In this document: positions 51,482 to 61,716 of the stretch, in pieces
How the letters are laid out: each line of letters begins with the position of its first letter
Position numbering within the stretch: the first letter of the stretch is position 1
From: Alphaproteobacteria bacterium
GTDB lineage: Bacteria; Pseudomonadota; Alphaproteobacteria; UBA828
Direction of reading: 5' to 3'
Assembly (NCBI GenBank): GCA_965220745.1
Contig: CBDCQT010000010.1
Location: forward strand, 160,001 to 224,000
Length of the DNA: 64,000 nucleotides
The notes under the pieces: model-generated
Told to the model about the DNA's origin: nothing
Seen by the model: the letters and a program-made list of their open reading frames with translations, nothing else
Database searches by the model: none
Program-made: the position numbers and the translations under genes

Positions 51482-51772
51482 TCACTCCGTCGCGGGTTCG
51501 AGCCAATGCTCGTAGAGCTCGATGTCGATGGTATCGCCGGCCGGGCCGTCGTAGTCGGGCCAGAGCGCGGTCTGGGCGAAGCGCACGCGATAGAGGGTCT
51601 GCCTGGGGCGGTCCCTGCGCCCGAACGCAAGCTCTTCGGGATTGCCGAAGTCGCCGCAGATGCGCTCCACGTCGCCGACGGCGCCGCGCGCGTAGTAGGG
51701 CGTGCGGATGTGGCCGAGCGGGAAGGCCCGGCGCACGGCCACCCGGTCGCCCATGGCGAAGCGGGCGGCCAT
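51482..51772 (-). CDS. Nitrile hydratase beta C-terminal (SH3-like) half
   Basis: GHIRTPYYARGAVG, LYRVRF, ELYEHWLEP. Confidence 0.88.
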   Translation of the reverse strand: MAARFAMGDRVAVRRAFPLGHIRTPYYARGAVGDVERICGDFGNPEELAFGRRDRPRQTLYRVRFAQTALWPDYDGPAGDTIDIELYEHWLEPATE

Positions 51773-52101
51773 CAGCCGGCGCCCTCTCCGCGTTTCTCGA
51801 CCTCGGCCATGCGGCGGCCGAGCTCGTCGGAGGAGATGACCCCCTCGGCGAGCAGCGTATTGGTGATGGAGGCCATCCAGCGCTCGTAGTAGCTCATCGC
51901 TTCGTAAGCTTCGGTGCCGAGCTGCTCGATACCGCGCCGGAGCTGATCCACGGTGATGACTCGGCGCTCGGGGCTCCCGAGCAGCACCATGAGCGCGTCG
52001 ACTCGCTTCTCCCAGGGCGCATGCGCGTGCTCCGCCCGGTCGATGGAACCGGCAGGGAGCCCGCCCATGTCGTGCACCCCGCGCCCCGGATCGCCGCTCA
52101 C
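51772..52101 (-). CDS. Nitrile hydratase beta N-terminal half
   Basis: HDMGG, WEKRVDA, RRGIE, SYYERW; GAGGGGAGG RBS before GTG. Confidence 0.88.
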   Translation of the reverse strand: MSGDPGRGVHDMGGLPAGSIDRAEHAHAPWEKRVDALMVLLGSPERRVITVDQLRRGIEQLGTEAYEAMSYYERWMASITNTLLAEGVISSDELGRRMAEVEKRGEGAG

Positions 52102-52235
52102 CTCGGTTCCTCCCCTCGCCTCGTCAGGCGGCCACGATAGGTGCGTGCCAAGCCTGGGGCAAGGCGCCGCGTTGTCGCTGAACGTCTCGGCTGATAGCGT
52201 ACCGCGAGCGCTCACATCGCTCCGGGAATTGGCCG

Positions 52236-53957
52236 ATGACCTTCGATTTGCTGATCCGCAACGGAACCCTGGTGGACGGCTCGGGCATGCCCCGCTACCG
52301 GGCAGATGTCGGGGTCAAGCAGGGCCGAATCGCGGAAATCGGCCGAATTTCCAGCCCCGCCGACGAGACGATCGACGCGGAGGGCATGATCGTCGCGCCC
52401 GGCTTCATCGACGGCCACACCCACATGGACGCGCAGGTGGCGTGGGACCCGGCGGGCACCTGCTCCTGCTGGCACGGCGTGACCAGCGTGGTCATGGGCA
52501 ATTGCGGGTTCGCGCTGGCGCCCTGCAAGCCAGAGGCGAGGGAGTGGTTCGCCGAATGCCTGGAGGCGGTCGAGGACATCCCCAAGGAAGCCATGGTGAG
52601 CGGGATCGACTGGCGCTGGGAGACCTTCCCCGAGTATCTCGCGGCGGTCGAATCGTTCCCGAAGGCCATCAACTACGCCGCCTACATCGGGCACTCGGCT
52701 CTGAGAATGTACGCGATGGGCGATCGCGCCCTGGACCAGGAAGCCGGGGAGGACGATCTCAAGCTCATGGCGGACCTGGTGCAGGAGGCGCTCCGCGCCG
52801 GCGCCATGGGGCTATCGTCGTCCAGGGCCACCACCCATATCCGCCCGGACGGCGGCCCGGTGGCAAGCCGCATCGGCAACTGGGCAGAAATTTCGCACCT
52901 GGTGCACGCGATGGCCGAGCTTAACGCCGGCATCTTCCAGGTCGGGCCGGATGTCTCCGGCGGCGAGGCGCAGCGCGCATGCCTGGACGAGCTGACCAAG
53001 ATTGCGGTCTCGAGCCGCCGGCCGCTGATGCTGGGAGTGCTCGCCACGCGCCAGGGCGACCGACCCAACCCGCTCGAGTTCCAGTTCGAGTGGATGGACG
53101 AGGTCGCGGCCCAAGGCGGGCGGGTGCTGGGGCAGGCCACCACGCGGTCGATCAACGCCATCTTCTCGCTCAAGTCCTACCTTCCGTTCGATGCCCTGCC
53201 GGTGTGGCGCGACATCCGCAGCCTCCCGGTGGCGGAGCAGCAGGCCCGCTTCCGCGAGCCGGATGTCCGCAGCCGTCTGGTCGCGGCCGAAGCGGGGATG
53301 CAACCCCGGAGTACCGAATTCCAAGGTGGCGGCGCTGCCACGACAAATCCGTACAAGCCGGACTACGCCAACCTGTTTCCGATGTTCGACGTGAATTGGG
53401 ATGACCCCAGCATCGAGATGCTCGCGCAATCCTCCGGGCGGCACCCTGTCGAGGTCATGCTCGACCTGATGGCGGAAAACGAGGACCTGGTCTTCGTCCA
53501 GCCACTGGTGAACGAGACACCAGACGAGGTTCGCCGGATGCTGAGGAACCCCCGCTCGCTCGCCACTTTTTCCGACTCCGGCGCGCACGTCTGCCAGGAG
53601 ATGGGCTCATCGCTGCAGACACACTTGCTGAGCTACTGGGTGCGGACCAAGCAGGCGTTCACCCTGGAAGAAGCGGTAAGGATGCTGACGTTCGACAATG
53701 CCTCCGCCTGGGGCATGCACGACCGGGGCCTGCTGCGCCCTGGCTTCACGGCTGACATCGTGGTCTTCGACGAAACCACGGTCCGGCCCCGCCTGCCCAC
53801 GGTTCAGCGCGACCTGCCCGGTGGCGCGCGCCGGCTGGTGCAGAAGGCCGACGGCTTCGCCGCCACGGTGGTGGGCGGCGTTGTCACGCTGAGGCATGGG
53901 GAACCCACCGGCGCGCATCCGGGCCAGCTCATCCGCGGCGGGGCCGCCGCCCACTAA
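52236..53957 (+). CDS. N-acyl-D-amino-acid deacylase-family amidohydrolase
   Basis: PGFIDGHTHMDAQ, GNCGF, SDSGAH. Confidence 0.92.
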   Translation: MTFDLLIRNGTLVDGSGMPRYRADVGVKQGRIAEIGRISSPADETIDAEGMIVAPGFIDGHTHMDAQVAWDPAGTCSCWHGVTSVVMGNCGFALAPCKPEAREWFAECLEAVEDIPKEAMVSGIDWRWETFPEYLAAVESFPKAINYAAYIGHSALRMYAMGDRALDQEAGEDDLKLMADLVQEALRAGAMGLSSSRATTHIRPDGGPVASRIGNWAEISHLVHAMAELNAGIFQVGPDVSGGEAQRACLDELTKIAVSSRRPLMLGVLATRQGDRPNPLEFQFEWMDEVAAQGGRVLGQATTRSINAIFSLKSYLPFDALPVWRDIRSLPVAEQQARFREPDVRSRLVAAEAGMQPRSTEFQGGGAATTNPYKPDYANLFPMFDVNWDDPSIEMLAQSSGRHPVEVMLDLMAENEDLVFVQPLVNETPDEVRRMLRNPRSLATFSDSGAHVCQEMGSSLQTHLLSYWVRTKQAFTLEEAVRMLTFDNASAWGMHDRGLLRPGFTADIVVFDETTVRPRLPTVQRDLPGGARRLVQKADGFAATVVGGVVTLRHGEPTGAHPGQLIRGGAAAH

Positions 53958-53983
53958 CCCACAGTTTTCACCAGGGTCGCAGC

Positions 53984-54781
53984 CTATCTGCCCTTGAAGT
54001 CGGCCGGACGCTTCTCGCGGAAGGCATCGGTGCCCTCCTTGAGGTCTTGAGTCTGGCCGAGATCGTAGAACGAGCGCGATTCGAGGCGCAGCGCGTCCGC
54101 CAACGGCATATCAAAGGCGCGCATCATCACGTCCTTGGCAAAGCGCTGGGCGAGCGGAGCGCGGCTCGCCAGGAGCTGAGCGAACTCCATGGTCTCGGCC
54201 ACGAGGTCGGCGCCCGGCACGACGCGGTTGACGAGGCCGATGCGGAGCGCGTGCTCGGCATTGACGCGCCTCCCTGAGAGGATGATCTCCATGGCGTTGC
54301 CGAGGCCCACGATCTGCGGCAGCCGCACGCAGCCGCCGTCGCAGGGATGGAAGCCCCAGTTCACGTCCTGGTGGGCAAACTCGGCGTTGGGCGAGCAGAA
54401 GCGGATATCGCAGGCTTCGGCGAGCTCGAGCCCGCCTGAGATCGCGTAACCGTTGACCGCCGCGATGATCGGCTTGTCGATCTCGAGCCCGCGCGTGATG
54501 CCGCCGAAGCCGGGGCCGTCGGTAAAGCGGGTACGAAACTCGGGCGCCGGGCGACCCGCATAATTCATCGTGTAGGTCTTGAGGTCGGCGCCGGCGCAGA
54601 AGGCTTTGTCGCCCGCGCCGGTGATGACCGCGACCCGCGCCTCGTCATCGGCGGCGAACGCGCGCCAGCGCTCGATCAGCCGGTCGTTGGCCGCGAAATC
54701 GAGGGAATTCATCTTCTCGGCGCGGTCGATGGTGATCAGGCGCACGTGGCCGTGTGCCTCGTAGAGGATGTCGTTGGTCAT
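53984..54781 (-). CDS. Enoyl-CoA hydratase/isomerase family
   Basis: AFCAGADL, KPIIAAVNG, GGLEL, AFREKR. Confidence 0.92.
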   Translation of the reverse strand: MTNDILYEAHGHVRLITIDRAEKMNSLDFAANDRLIERWRAFAADDEARVAVITGAGDKAFCAGADLKTYTMNYAGRPAPEFRTRFTDGPGFGGITRGLEIDKPIIAAVNGYAISGGLELAEACDIRFCSPNAEFAHQDVNWGFHPCDGGCVRLPQIVGLGNAMEIILSGRRVNAEHALRIGLVNRVVPGADLVAETMEFAQLLASRAPLAQRFAKDVMMRAFDMPLADALRLESRSFYDLGQTQDLKEGTDAFREKRPADFKGR

Positions 54782-54807
54782 GGGTTGATTCTTCGGTTCT
54801 TGCTCCG

Positions 54808-55563
54808 CTACCAGGCGGCCCAGCCATTGTCCACCAGCAGGTCCGCGCCATGGACCGAGTCCGAATCGGCAGACGCGAGAAAGACGGCGGCGCCGGTGAG
54901 CTGCTCCGGGTCCATGTGGCCGATGCCGGCAGGCGTCAACTCTGCCTGCCGTGCGTCATAGTCCGCGTCCGCGCGGAGCGCGGCATTCATGTCGGTGACG
55001 ATGTTGCCCGGCGAAAGCGCGTTCACGTTGATGCCGTCGCCCGCGAGCTCCAGGCAGAGTGCCTTGGTCATGTTGGTGAGACCGCCCTTGGACGCGCAAT
55101 AGGCGGCCGACTGCGGGAAGCCGCCGCAGCCGGCGATGGAAGAGATGTTGATGATCTTGCCGGCGCCCTTGGCCTTCATCGTGGGCACGACCGCCTTGGT
55201 CATGAAGAAGGCACCCTTGAGGTTGAGCGCCTGCTGGGCATCCCAGTTCTCCTCCGTGACCTCTTCGATCGGCATCGGCGTGAAGATGCCGGCGTTGTTG
55301 ACCAGTATGTCCACCGTGCCGAAGGCGTCGATCACCTCCCCCGCCAATCGCTCGCAGTCGGCGACCACGCCGACATCAGCCATGAACGCCTGGGCCTTGC
55401 CGCCGGCGGCCTCGATCTCGGCGACCACCGCCTCGGCGCGCTCGCGCCTGGTGTTTCCGACCACGGCGACGGCGGCACCCTCCCGCCCGTAGCGGCGCGC
55501 GATACAGGCGCCGATCCCACGCGATGAGCCGGTGACGATCGCCGCCTTGCCTTCAAGTTTCAT
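54808..55563 (-). CDS. SDR oxidoreductase
   Basis: TGSSRGIG, LVNNAG, YCASKG. Confidence 0.93.
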   Translation of the reverse strand: MKLEGKAAIVTGSSRGIGACIARRYGREGAAVAVVGNTRRERAEAVVAEIEAAGGKAQAFMADVGVVADCERLAGEVIDAFGTVDILVNNAGIFTPMPIEEVTEENWDAQQALNLKGAFFMTKAVVPTMKAKGAGKIINISSIAGCGGFPQSAAYCASKGGLTNMTKALCLELAGDGINVNALSPGNIVTDMNAALRADADYDARQAELTPAGIGHMDPEQLTGAAVFLASADSDSVHGADLLVDNGWAAW

Positions 55564-55769
55564 GGTGACCCCTCCCCCGCGTTCGGCGCTGATCTTAACC
55601 TGCCTTTCCCACCAAGGTCATGGTATGCGCAGCGCTCTCCGGGGACATGTGCAGGGTCTGCGACTGGCACACGCGCGACGAACGGAACAAGTTCATCTGG
55701 CAAGTCTCCGGCCGGGATGTGAACATGTATCTGGATCGCTTGCCCCAGCGGGGTGCAGGAGAAGCGCGG

Positions 55770-56639
55770 ATGGCATTCGAGCTCACGCCCGCACAGATTG
55801 ACCGATTCACCGAAGACGGCTTTCTGGTCGTCGACAAGCTGATCGATGACGAGACGGTCGAGGCGGTGAGCGAGCGCTACGAAAAGCTCTTTCGCGGCGA
55901 ATTCGAAACCGGAGTCCTGCCGGACGAAGTCAACTGGCAGGAGGGTGAGAGCGATCCTTCCCTGACCCGGCAAATCTGCAACGCATGGAAGGCGGATCGG
56001 ACGATCGCGTCGGTGGTCATGAGGGCCGACCTGGGCAAGGCGATCGCCACACTCGGCGGCTGGCCGGGCGCGCGCTTGATGGTCGATAACGTGCTGTGGA
56101 AGCCGCCCGGCACACGGCCGCTGGCTCTTCACCAGGACAACGCCTATCTGCATTGGTTTCAGCCGACGGAGTTGCTGAGCTGCTGGATGGCGCTCGACGA
56201 CACCAGGGCCGATGCAGGGACGCTCGAGTTCGTGCGCGGATCGCACCGGTGGCACCACTCACTCCCCGAAGGCGAGTTCCACGGCCCCAAGGACTACCGC
56301 AAGTACATGGAGAAGGCGGCTGCCAAGGAGGATGTCGAGCCGGAAATCGTCCACGTGGAGGTGCCCAAGGGCGGCGGCTCCTTCCATCACGGCTGGACCT
56401 GGCACGGCTCCGGCGACAACGCCGCGACGGTCCCCCGCCGCTCTCTCGTGCTGCACGCTATGCGAAGCGACACGCGCTACGTCCCTGAGTGCTTGGGCCA
56501 AGGTGTCGGCTCCATCTACAGCCGCTACAAGCGGCTCGGCGACAACACCATCGACGAGAACTACTTTCCGGTTCTGTGGACCTGCGACGGCTATCGAACC
56601 CCCGATATCGACACGTTCCTGAATGGCGCGGGCACCTGA
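55770..56639 (+). CDS. Phytanoyl-CoA dioxygenase-family Fe/2OG enzyme
   Basis: HQD, WMALDD, GSH, HGS..N...RR. Confidence 0.9.
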   Translation: MAFELTPAQIDRFTEDGFLVVDKLIDDETVEAVSERYEKLFRGEFETGVLPDEVNWQEGESDPSLTRQICNAWKADRTIASVVMRADLGKAIATLGGWPGARLMVDNVLWKPPGTRPLALHQDNAYLHWFQPTELLSCWMALDDTRADAGTLEFVRGSHRWHHSLPEGEFHGPKDYRKYMEKAAAKEDVEPEIVHVEVPKGGGSFHHGWTWHGSGDNAATVPRRSLVLHAMRSDTRYVPECLGQGVGSIYSRYKRLGDNTIDENYFPVLWTCDGYRTPDIDTFLNGAGT

Positions 56640-56754
56640 TCCTGCACCGGCCAAGGGCCCGGAGCGTCTTGGCTTGTGTGGCGACGGTTGATGCGCGACA
56701 ACCGTCCGACCCGGCTATCTTGAATGACCTCAACACGGGCTGGAGAAGAGAGAC

Positions 56755-57060
56755 ATGTCAGCAGCGGACAAGTTGGGTGGGTATGCCGGCGGTTTCAGTG
56801 GTTTGAACGCTGAAGAAATCGCCGCAAACGTGACGGACGACTACAAGCTTTTGGACAAGGACGGAGCTGTCTACAGAAAGAGCGACCTGTCGGGCTACAT
56901 CGCCGAGCTGAGAAAGATCGGCGACAGGATGGACATCACCGATGTCGTGGTCGAGGGCGGCACCGCATGGTGCAAGTGGCAGGTCGGAGACATCGTGGGC
57001 GCCGGCTTGATCAGTTTCGGAGACGAGGGCGTCACGCAGGAGCAGCTGTTCTACTTCTGA
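56755..57060 (+). CDS. NTF2/SnoaL-like small protein
   Basis: Purine-rich RBS; ITDVVVEGGTAWCKW pattern. Confidence 0.6.
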   Translation: MSAADKLGGYAGGFSGLNAEEIAANVTDDYKLLDKDGAVYRKSDLSGYIAELRKIGDRMDITDVVVEGGTAWCKWQVGDIVGAGLISFGDEGVTQEQLFYF

Positions 57061-57103
57061 CGCGTAACGGCCCCGCTCCGCGCGACCGGTGCCCTACCGA
57101 CCG

Positions 57104-57532
57104 TTAGCGGTGAACGTCCTCGGTCTCGCCGAGCGCGCGAAATCCACCGCGGATGAACACCGCAAGCGTCCCACCGTCTTCCGAGACCGAGACATGCTTC
57201 GAGCCCGGCTTCAGTGAGACGAAATCGTTGCGGCGGTAGACCGTGCCGTCACAATCGGTCAGCGTCCCGTCGAGGACCAGAAACTCCTCGTATCCGATGT
57301 GCTCGTGAGGCGTCGAACCGGCCCCTGGCGCAAATCGAATCAGATAGCAGCCTTCGCCCGCTTCCGCGTCGTAGCTGATGTTGCAGTAGCTGACGCCGCC
57401 ACGCGCCGGATGATCGGAACGGTCCACGCGCTTCATGCGATGGGGCGGCTCCGCTCCGAAGGTCGCGGTCTCGACGTTCACGACTGTGCGATAGCTTGCA
57501 AGGGATGTACTCATCTTGGCCGTCATCTGCAC
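57104..57532 (-). CDS. ChrR-like cupin
   Basis: PHEHIGYEEFLVLDG, PGSKH. Confidence 0.85.
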   Translation of the reverse strand: MQMTAKMSTSLASYRTVVNVETATFGAEPPHRMKRVDRSDHPARGGVSYCNISYDAEAGEGCYLIRFAPGAGSTPHEHIGYEEFLVLDGTLTDCDGTVYRRNDFVSLKPGSKHVSVSEDGGTLAVFIRGGFRALGETEDVHR

Positions 57533-57947
57533 GGTTAAGGCTCAGCCATCGACCGGCTCGTCGATCGCCGCGAGCAACTTACGCCAGCGCCGGACGAGGC
57601 GACAAGGCTCCGCGCGCACGTCGCTCAGTTCACACAAAGACAACACCCTCGTGCGGGCTCCGACGGTCGCGCCTGCGACATCCTCGGCATCGCGACTGTC
57701 GCGTGTTGCGATTGCCGCTGCCTCCACGTCTGGCACAGCCGTCGCGTTGCGACAGCGCGAGGGGCAGCACTAGAATGACGGGACCCGAACGCCCCTTGCG
57801 ACCGGCTGGCCACCGCTGAACTTTGATTCGCGATCGACTGGGGGACGGCGAGACGGAGCGAGTGTCATTGCGACCCAGTACGATCGCGGCGTACCGCAAC
57901 CTCTCTGCACAGTGGCGTTATTGGCCTAGAGCCGGGGGCATCGTCTC

Positions 57948-58865
57948 TTGAGCACGCACGGGATGGTCCATACCGGATCCACGCGAACCTTCATGTGGTT
58001 CTGCATGGGTCCGGTGCTCCTGTTGCTGATCATCGTGGCCGTCGCCCCGGTCACGCTCGCCCTTATCGACAGCTTCCGCGATCTGTCGCTGGCTATGCCG
58101 AGCAAGCGCGGGCAGTTCGTGGCGCTCGACAACTACCGCGACCTGCTCGGCTCCGACGGCAACTTCTACCGATCGCTGGCCCATACGGCGATCTTCATGA
58201 TGATCGCCGTCCCGATCGAGCTGGCGCTCGGGCTTCTCATCGCCCTCTGGATCAACCGGGAGTTCGCAGGCCGCAGGCTCGTTCTCACCATCCTCATGAT
58301 CCCGACGATGATCGCGCCCGTCGTCGTCGGCATGATCTGGCGCTTCTTCCTGATGCCGAGTTTTGGGGTGCTGACGGTCTATATGAACCGCCTGGGGTTG
58401 TTCGAGGAGACCAGCGTCTTTTCCGGGGCGATCACCGCTTTCGGCGCCCTGATCATCATCGACATCTGGGAATGGACACCCTTCATCATGCTGATCATGC
58501 TGGCGGGGCTCAGCGCGCTGCCGCAGGCACCCATTGAAGCGGCGACGATCGACGGCGCCTCTCGCTGGCAGATTTTTCGGCATATCCAGCTGCCCATGCT
58601 CTTTCCGCTCATCGTCGTCGCGGTCATGCTCCGTGGCATCGATGCCAGCAAGGTGTTCGACACCATCTACGTGCTCACGGGCGGCGGGCCAGGCAACGCG
58701 ACCGAGGTCATCTCGACCTTTGCGTACCGAACCAACTTCATCCGCTGGGACCTGGGTTACGGTGCCGCCGTCTGCCTTGTCCTCGCGTTCGCCTCTCTGG
58801 TGGTGGCCGCGCTCTTCTTCAAGACCGTGAGCGGCAAGCCCAAGCCCGTGGAAGAGACCTCATGA
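57948..58865 (+). CDS. Carbohydrate ABC permease 1
   Basis: DIWEWTPF, EAATIDGAS, TGGGPG. Confidence 0.92.
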   Translation: MSTHGMVHTGSTRTFMWFCMGPVLLLLIIVAVAPVTLALIDSFRDLSLAMPSKRGQFVALDNYRDLLGSDGNFYRSLAHTAIFMMIAVPIELALGLLIALWINREFAGRRLVLTILMIPTMIAPVVVGMIWRFFLMPSFGVLTVYMNRLGLFEETSVFSGAITAFGALIIIDIWEWTPFIMLIMLAGLSALPQAPIEAATIDGASRWQIFRHIQLPMLFPLIVVAVMLRGIDASKVFDTIYVLTGGGPGNATEVISTFAYRTNFIRWDLGYGAAVCLVLAFASLVVAALFFKTVSGKPKPVEETS

Positions 58866-59692
58866 CCGGGCGCAGCCTCTTCGCGCGCAAGCTGGTTACG
58901 TTCGTGGTGCCTCTTCTCGTGCTCCTGGGGGTGGCGCTGATCCCCTACATCTGGATCCTGCTCGCCAGCTTCAAGACGCGCGGCGAGCTGATCTCGCCCG
59001 ATCCGAAGTGGGTCTTCAACCCCACCTCGATCAACTACACGGACATCATCTACAAGGGCTTCGACGGCTATCTGCTCAACTCCGTGATCATCGGCTTTTC
59101 GAGCACGGCGCTTTGCGTCTTCGTCGGAACGCTCGCGGCCTATGGCTTTTCCCGCTTCAAGATCCCGGCCGGCAATCACCTCTTTTTCTACATCCTGGCG
59201 ACCCGGCTCGGCCCGCCGGTGGCCTATGCGCTGCCGATGTATCTGATCTTCAGGGATCTTGGCCTGGTCAACACCTACGCCGGCGTCATCCTGGCGCACA
59301 CCACGTTCAATCTCGTCCTGGTGGTCTGGATGATGCGGTCGTTCTTCGACGACGTGCCGCGCGAGATCGAGGAGGCGGCCTATCTCGACGGCTGCGGGCA
59401 CTTCCGGGTGTTCCTGCAGATCACCCTGCCGATGACCTACCCCGGCCTCGCCGCCGTCTCGATCTTCGTCCTGATATTCTCGTGGAACGAGCTGCTCTTC
59501 GCCCTGATCCTCACCGGCGGCGACACGCGCCCGCTGACGGTGATGATCCCGTCACTGGTCCTGCACACGGGAACGCAGTGGGGCCAGGTCGCCTCCGCCT
59601 CGATCATCCAGAGCATTCCCGTGCTCGTCTTCATCTTCTTCATCCAGAAGAAGCTGGTTCAGGGCCTGACCTTCGGCGCTGTCAAGGGTTAA
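58862..59692 (+). CDS. Carbohydrate ABC permease 2
   Basis: EIEEAAYLDG, SWNELLFA, GLTFGAVKG. Confidence 0.93.
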   Translation: MTGRSLFARKLVTFVVPLLVLLGVALIPYIWILLASFKTRGELISPDPKWVFNPTSINYTDIIYKGFDGYLLNSVIIGFSSTALCVFVGTLAAYGFSRFKIPAGNHLFFYILATRLGPPVAYALPMYLIFRDLGLVNTYAGVILAHTTFNLVLVVWMMRSFFDDVPREIEEAAYLDGCGHFRVFLQITLPMTYPGLAAVSIFVLIFSWNELLFALILTGGDTRPLTVMIPSLVLHTGTQWGQVASASIIQSIPVLVFIFFIQKKLVQGLTFGAVKG

Positions 59693-59919
59693 CCCGCACT
59701 TCTCACCAGGGTCATGGTCTGCGCGACGCTGTCCGACCGACAGAGTAGGAACGGCGCGCAGCGCGTCGCGCGGATACGCGCGCCTTCGGCGCGACGTGGT
59801 GCATCGGGCAAGACCGTATGTCCTTCTGGTCCGGCTGGTGCGGGGGCGGTTCGCCCTACACTGGCTGATCTCAACGAGGGTTGCTCAGTGAGCAGGGCCT
59901 CAAGCCAGGAGGGCGAACC

Positions 59920-61024
59920 ATGGTCGACTATAGCGAGGTTTTCATCGGATTGGACGTGTCGAAGGACAGCCACGCCGTTGCGGTGGCGGAAGGCGGACGC
60001 GATGGTGAGGTCAGGTATTTTGGCGAGATCGCCTCGGATGCGGCTGCCGTCCGTCGTTTCGTGCACAAGCTTGAGCGGCCGGGCGCGCGGCTTCGCTTCT
60101 GCTACGAGGCCGGCCCGACGGGCTACGGGCTGAAGCGTCTGATCGAGGGGCTCGGTCACGACTGCGCCGTCATTGCACCGTCCCTGATCCCGCGCCGGCC
60201 CGGCGAGCGGGTGAAGACCAACCGCCGTGAAGCTGGTGCGCCTGTTCCGGGCCGGCGAGCTGACCGAGATCTGGACACCGGACGAGGCCCATGAAGCGAT
60301 GCGCGATCTCGTGCGCGCCCGCGAGGCGGCGGTGAGAGACCGCACCCGCAAGCGCCAGGAGATCCGCTCCTTCCTGCTGCGTCATGGCAGGGTCTACGCC
60401 GGCAAGAAGGCGTGGGGGCCCAGGCACATGGCCTGGCTCCACGAGCTCAGCTTCGACTGGCCCGCCCAGAAGGTCGTGCTGCACGAGATGATCGCGGCCG
60501 AGAGCCGGTGTCGCGAGCGCGTGGCGCGGCTGGAAGGAGCGATCGAGGACGCCCTGCTCGACTGGCCGCTGGCTCAAGCGGTGGACCGCCTTCAGGCGCT
60601 GCGCGGCGTCGGCCTGGTCACGGCGGTCACCTTCATGGTGGAGGTCGGCGACATCCGTCGCTTCGAGCATCCCCGGCGGCTGATGGCTTATCTCGGCCTG
60701 GTGCCCTGTGAGCGCTCGACGGACGAGAGCGTTTGGCGCGGCGGCATCACCAGGGCCGGCAACGCACGAGTGCGCCACGTGTTGGCGGAGAGCGCGTGGG
60801 CCTACCGCCATCCTGCGGCGGTGGGGAGGAAGAAGTACTTTGCGACGAGACATCTGCCGGAGGACGTCCAGGAGGTGGCATGGAAGGCGCAGGCGCGCCT
60901 GACCAGGCGCTACCGCGCGCTGACGGCACGAGGGAAGCGCAGCACGGTCGCGGTCACCGCCGTGGCCCGTGAGTTGGTCGGCTTCATGTGGGCGATTGCC
61001 CGCATGAAGCCTGCGGCGCTCTGA
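59920..61024 (+). pseudogene. IS110 recombinase, frameshifted near 60228
   Basis: FIGLDVSK, CYEAGPTG, KTNRR then frame change; GLVP..RS, GGITRAGN, AVAREL. Confidence 0.9.
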
Positions 61025-61290
61025 TCCGCGAGAAGCGGACCGCCCACATCGCGCATAGCGGCAGGGGCGCGGCCACGACAGGGGAACTCCCGACGGCGCT
61101 TTGTGGCCGGCATCGCCGACGCCCGATGCGAGAGAGGACCAGCCCCGGACGCAGACACGGACATGCGGTCTCGACCCGCGCATCAGAGCTTGTTCACCAA
61201 CGTCCCGGGCCGCGTTCCCACCGCTATGCGTGCGACTTGCGAAACCCAGGCGCCGCTTGGCGCCTCATAGGTCCGTTCGAACTCTTGCTT
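61025..61290 (+). ncRNA. Putative bridge/seek RNA region
   Basis: Hairpins flanked by GGACATGCG (61159-61167) and CATCAGAGC (61181-61189), matching the element's own ends. Confidence 0.6.
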
Positions 61291-61479
61291 GACGAAGGAC
61301 ATCAGAGCGGCGTGACGCCCGCTGTCGGCCGGAGAGCGCCGCCCTTCGGGTCGCGCCCAGGCGCCCGCCCGCGGCGTCGCGGGCCTCAACCGTATTCCCC
61401 GAATACGCCTTTCGGCCCGCTCCTAGCGGATCGAACGCCTGGGTGCGACACAGGCCGCGACCGTGGTGAGAAATGCGGG

Positions 61480-61688
61480 TTAATCCAACTCCGGGCATTG
61501 GTATTGAAGTACCGCGCGAGCCGCAGCGCGGTCTCGGCCGTGATGCCGCGGCGGCCGCGCACGATTTCGTTGATCCGCGCAGGCGTCACGCCGATGGCCT
61601 TCGCGAGCGCTGTGGCCGAGAGACCGAATGGCTCCATGAAGTCGTGCTTCAACACCTCGCCCGGGTGAACCGGCTCCAATCGGGTCAT
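61480..61688 (-). pseudogene. higA: HigA antitoxin, 3'-truncated at the TTAA element; no higB in place
   Basis: HPGEVL...RINEIVRGRRGITAETALRLARYF..SWIN, then reads into the element end. Confidence 0.85.
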
Positions 61689-61716
61689 GATAGCCGCCTT
61701 CGTCCCCAATCGCGGC

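Larger units (their letters stand above)
59815..61309 (+). mobile_element. IS110-family (IS1111-type) element
   Basis: Subterminal IRs ATGTCCTTC (59818-59826) / GAAGGACAT (61294-61302); long 3' non-coding end. Confidence 0.78.
59693..61479. mobile_element. Non-autonomous element with CCCGCAYTTCTCACCA ends and TTAA flanks, carrying a nested IS110
   Basis: CCCGCACTTCTCACCAGGGTC at 59693 and inverted CCCGCATTTCTCACCACGGTC ending 61479; TTAA 59689-59692 and 61480-61483. Confidence 0.78.

Noticed and set aside
61289-61309. IS110 circle-junction promoter
   Set aside because: TTGACG is present but no convincing -10 at 16-18 nt spacing in my reconstruction.
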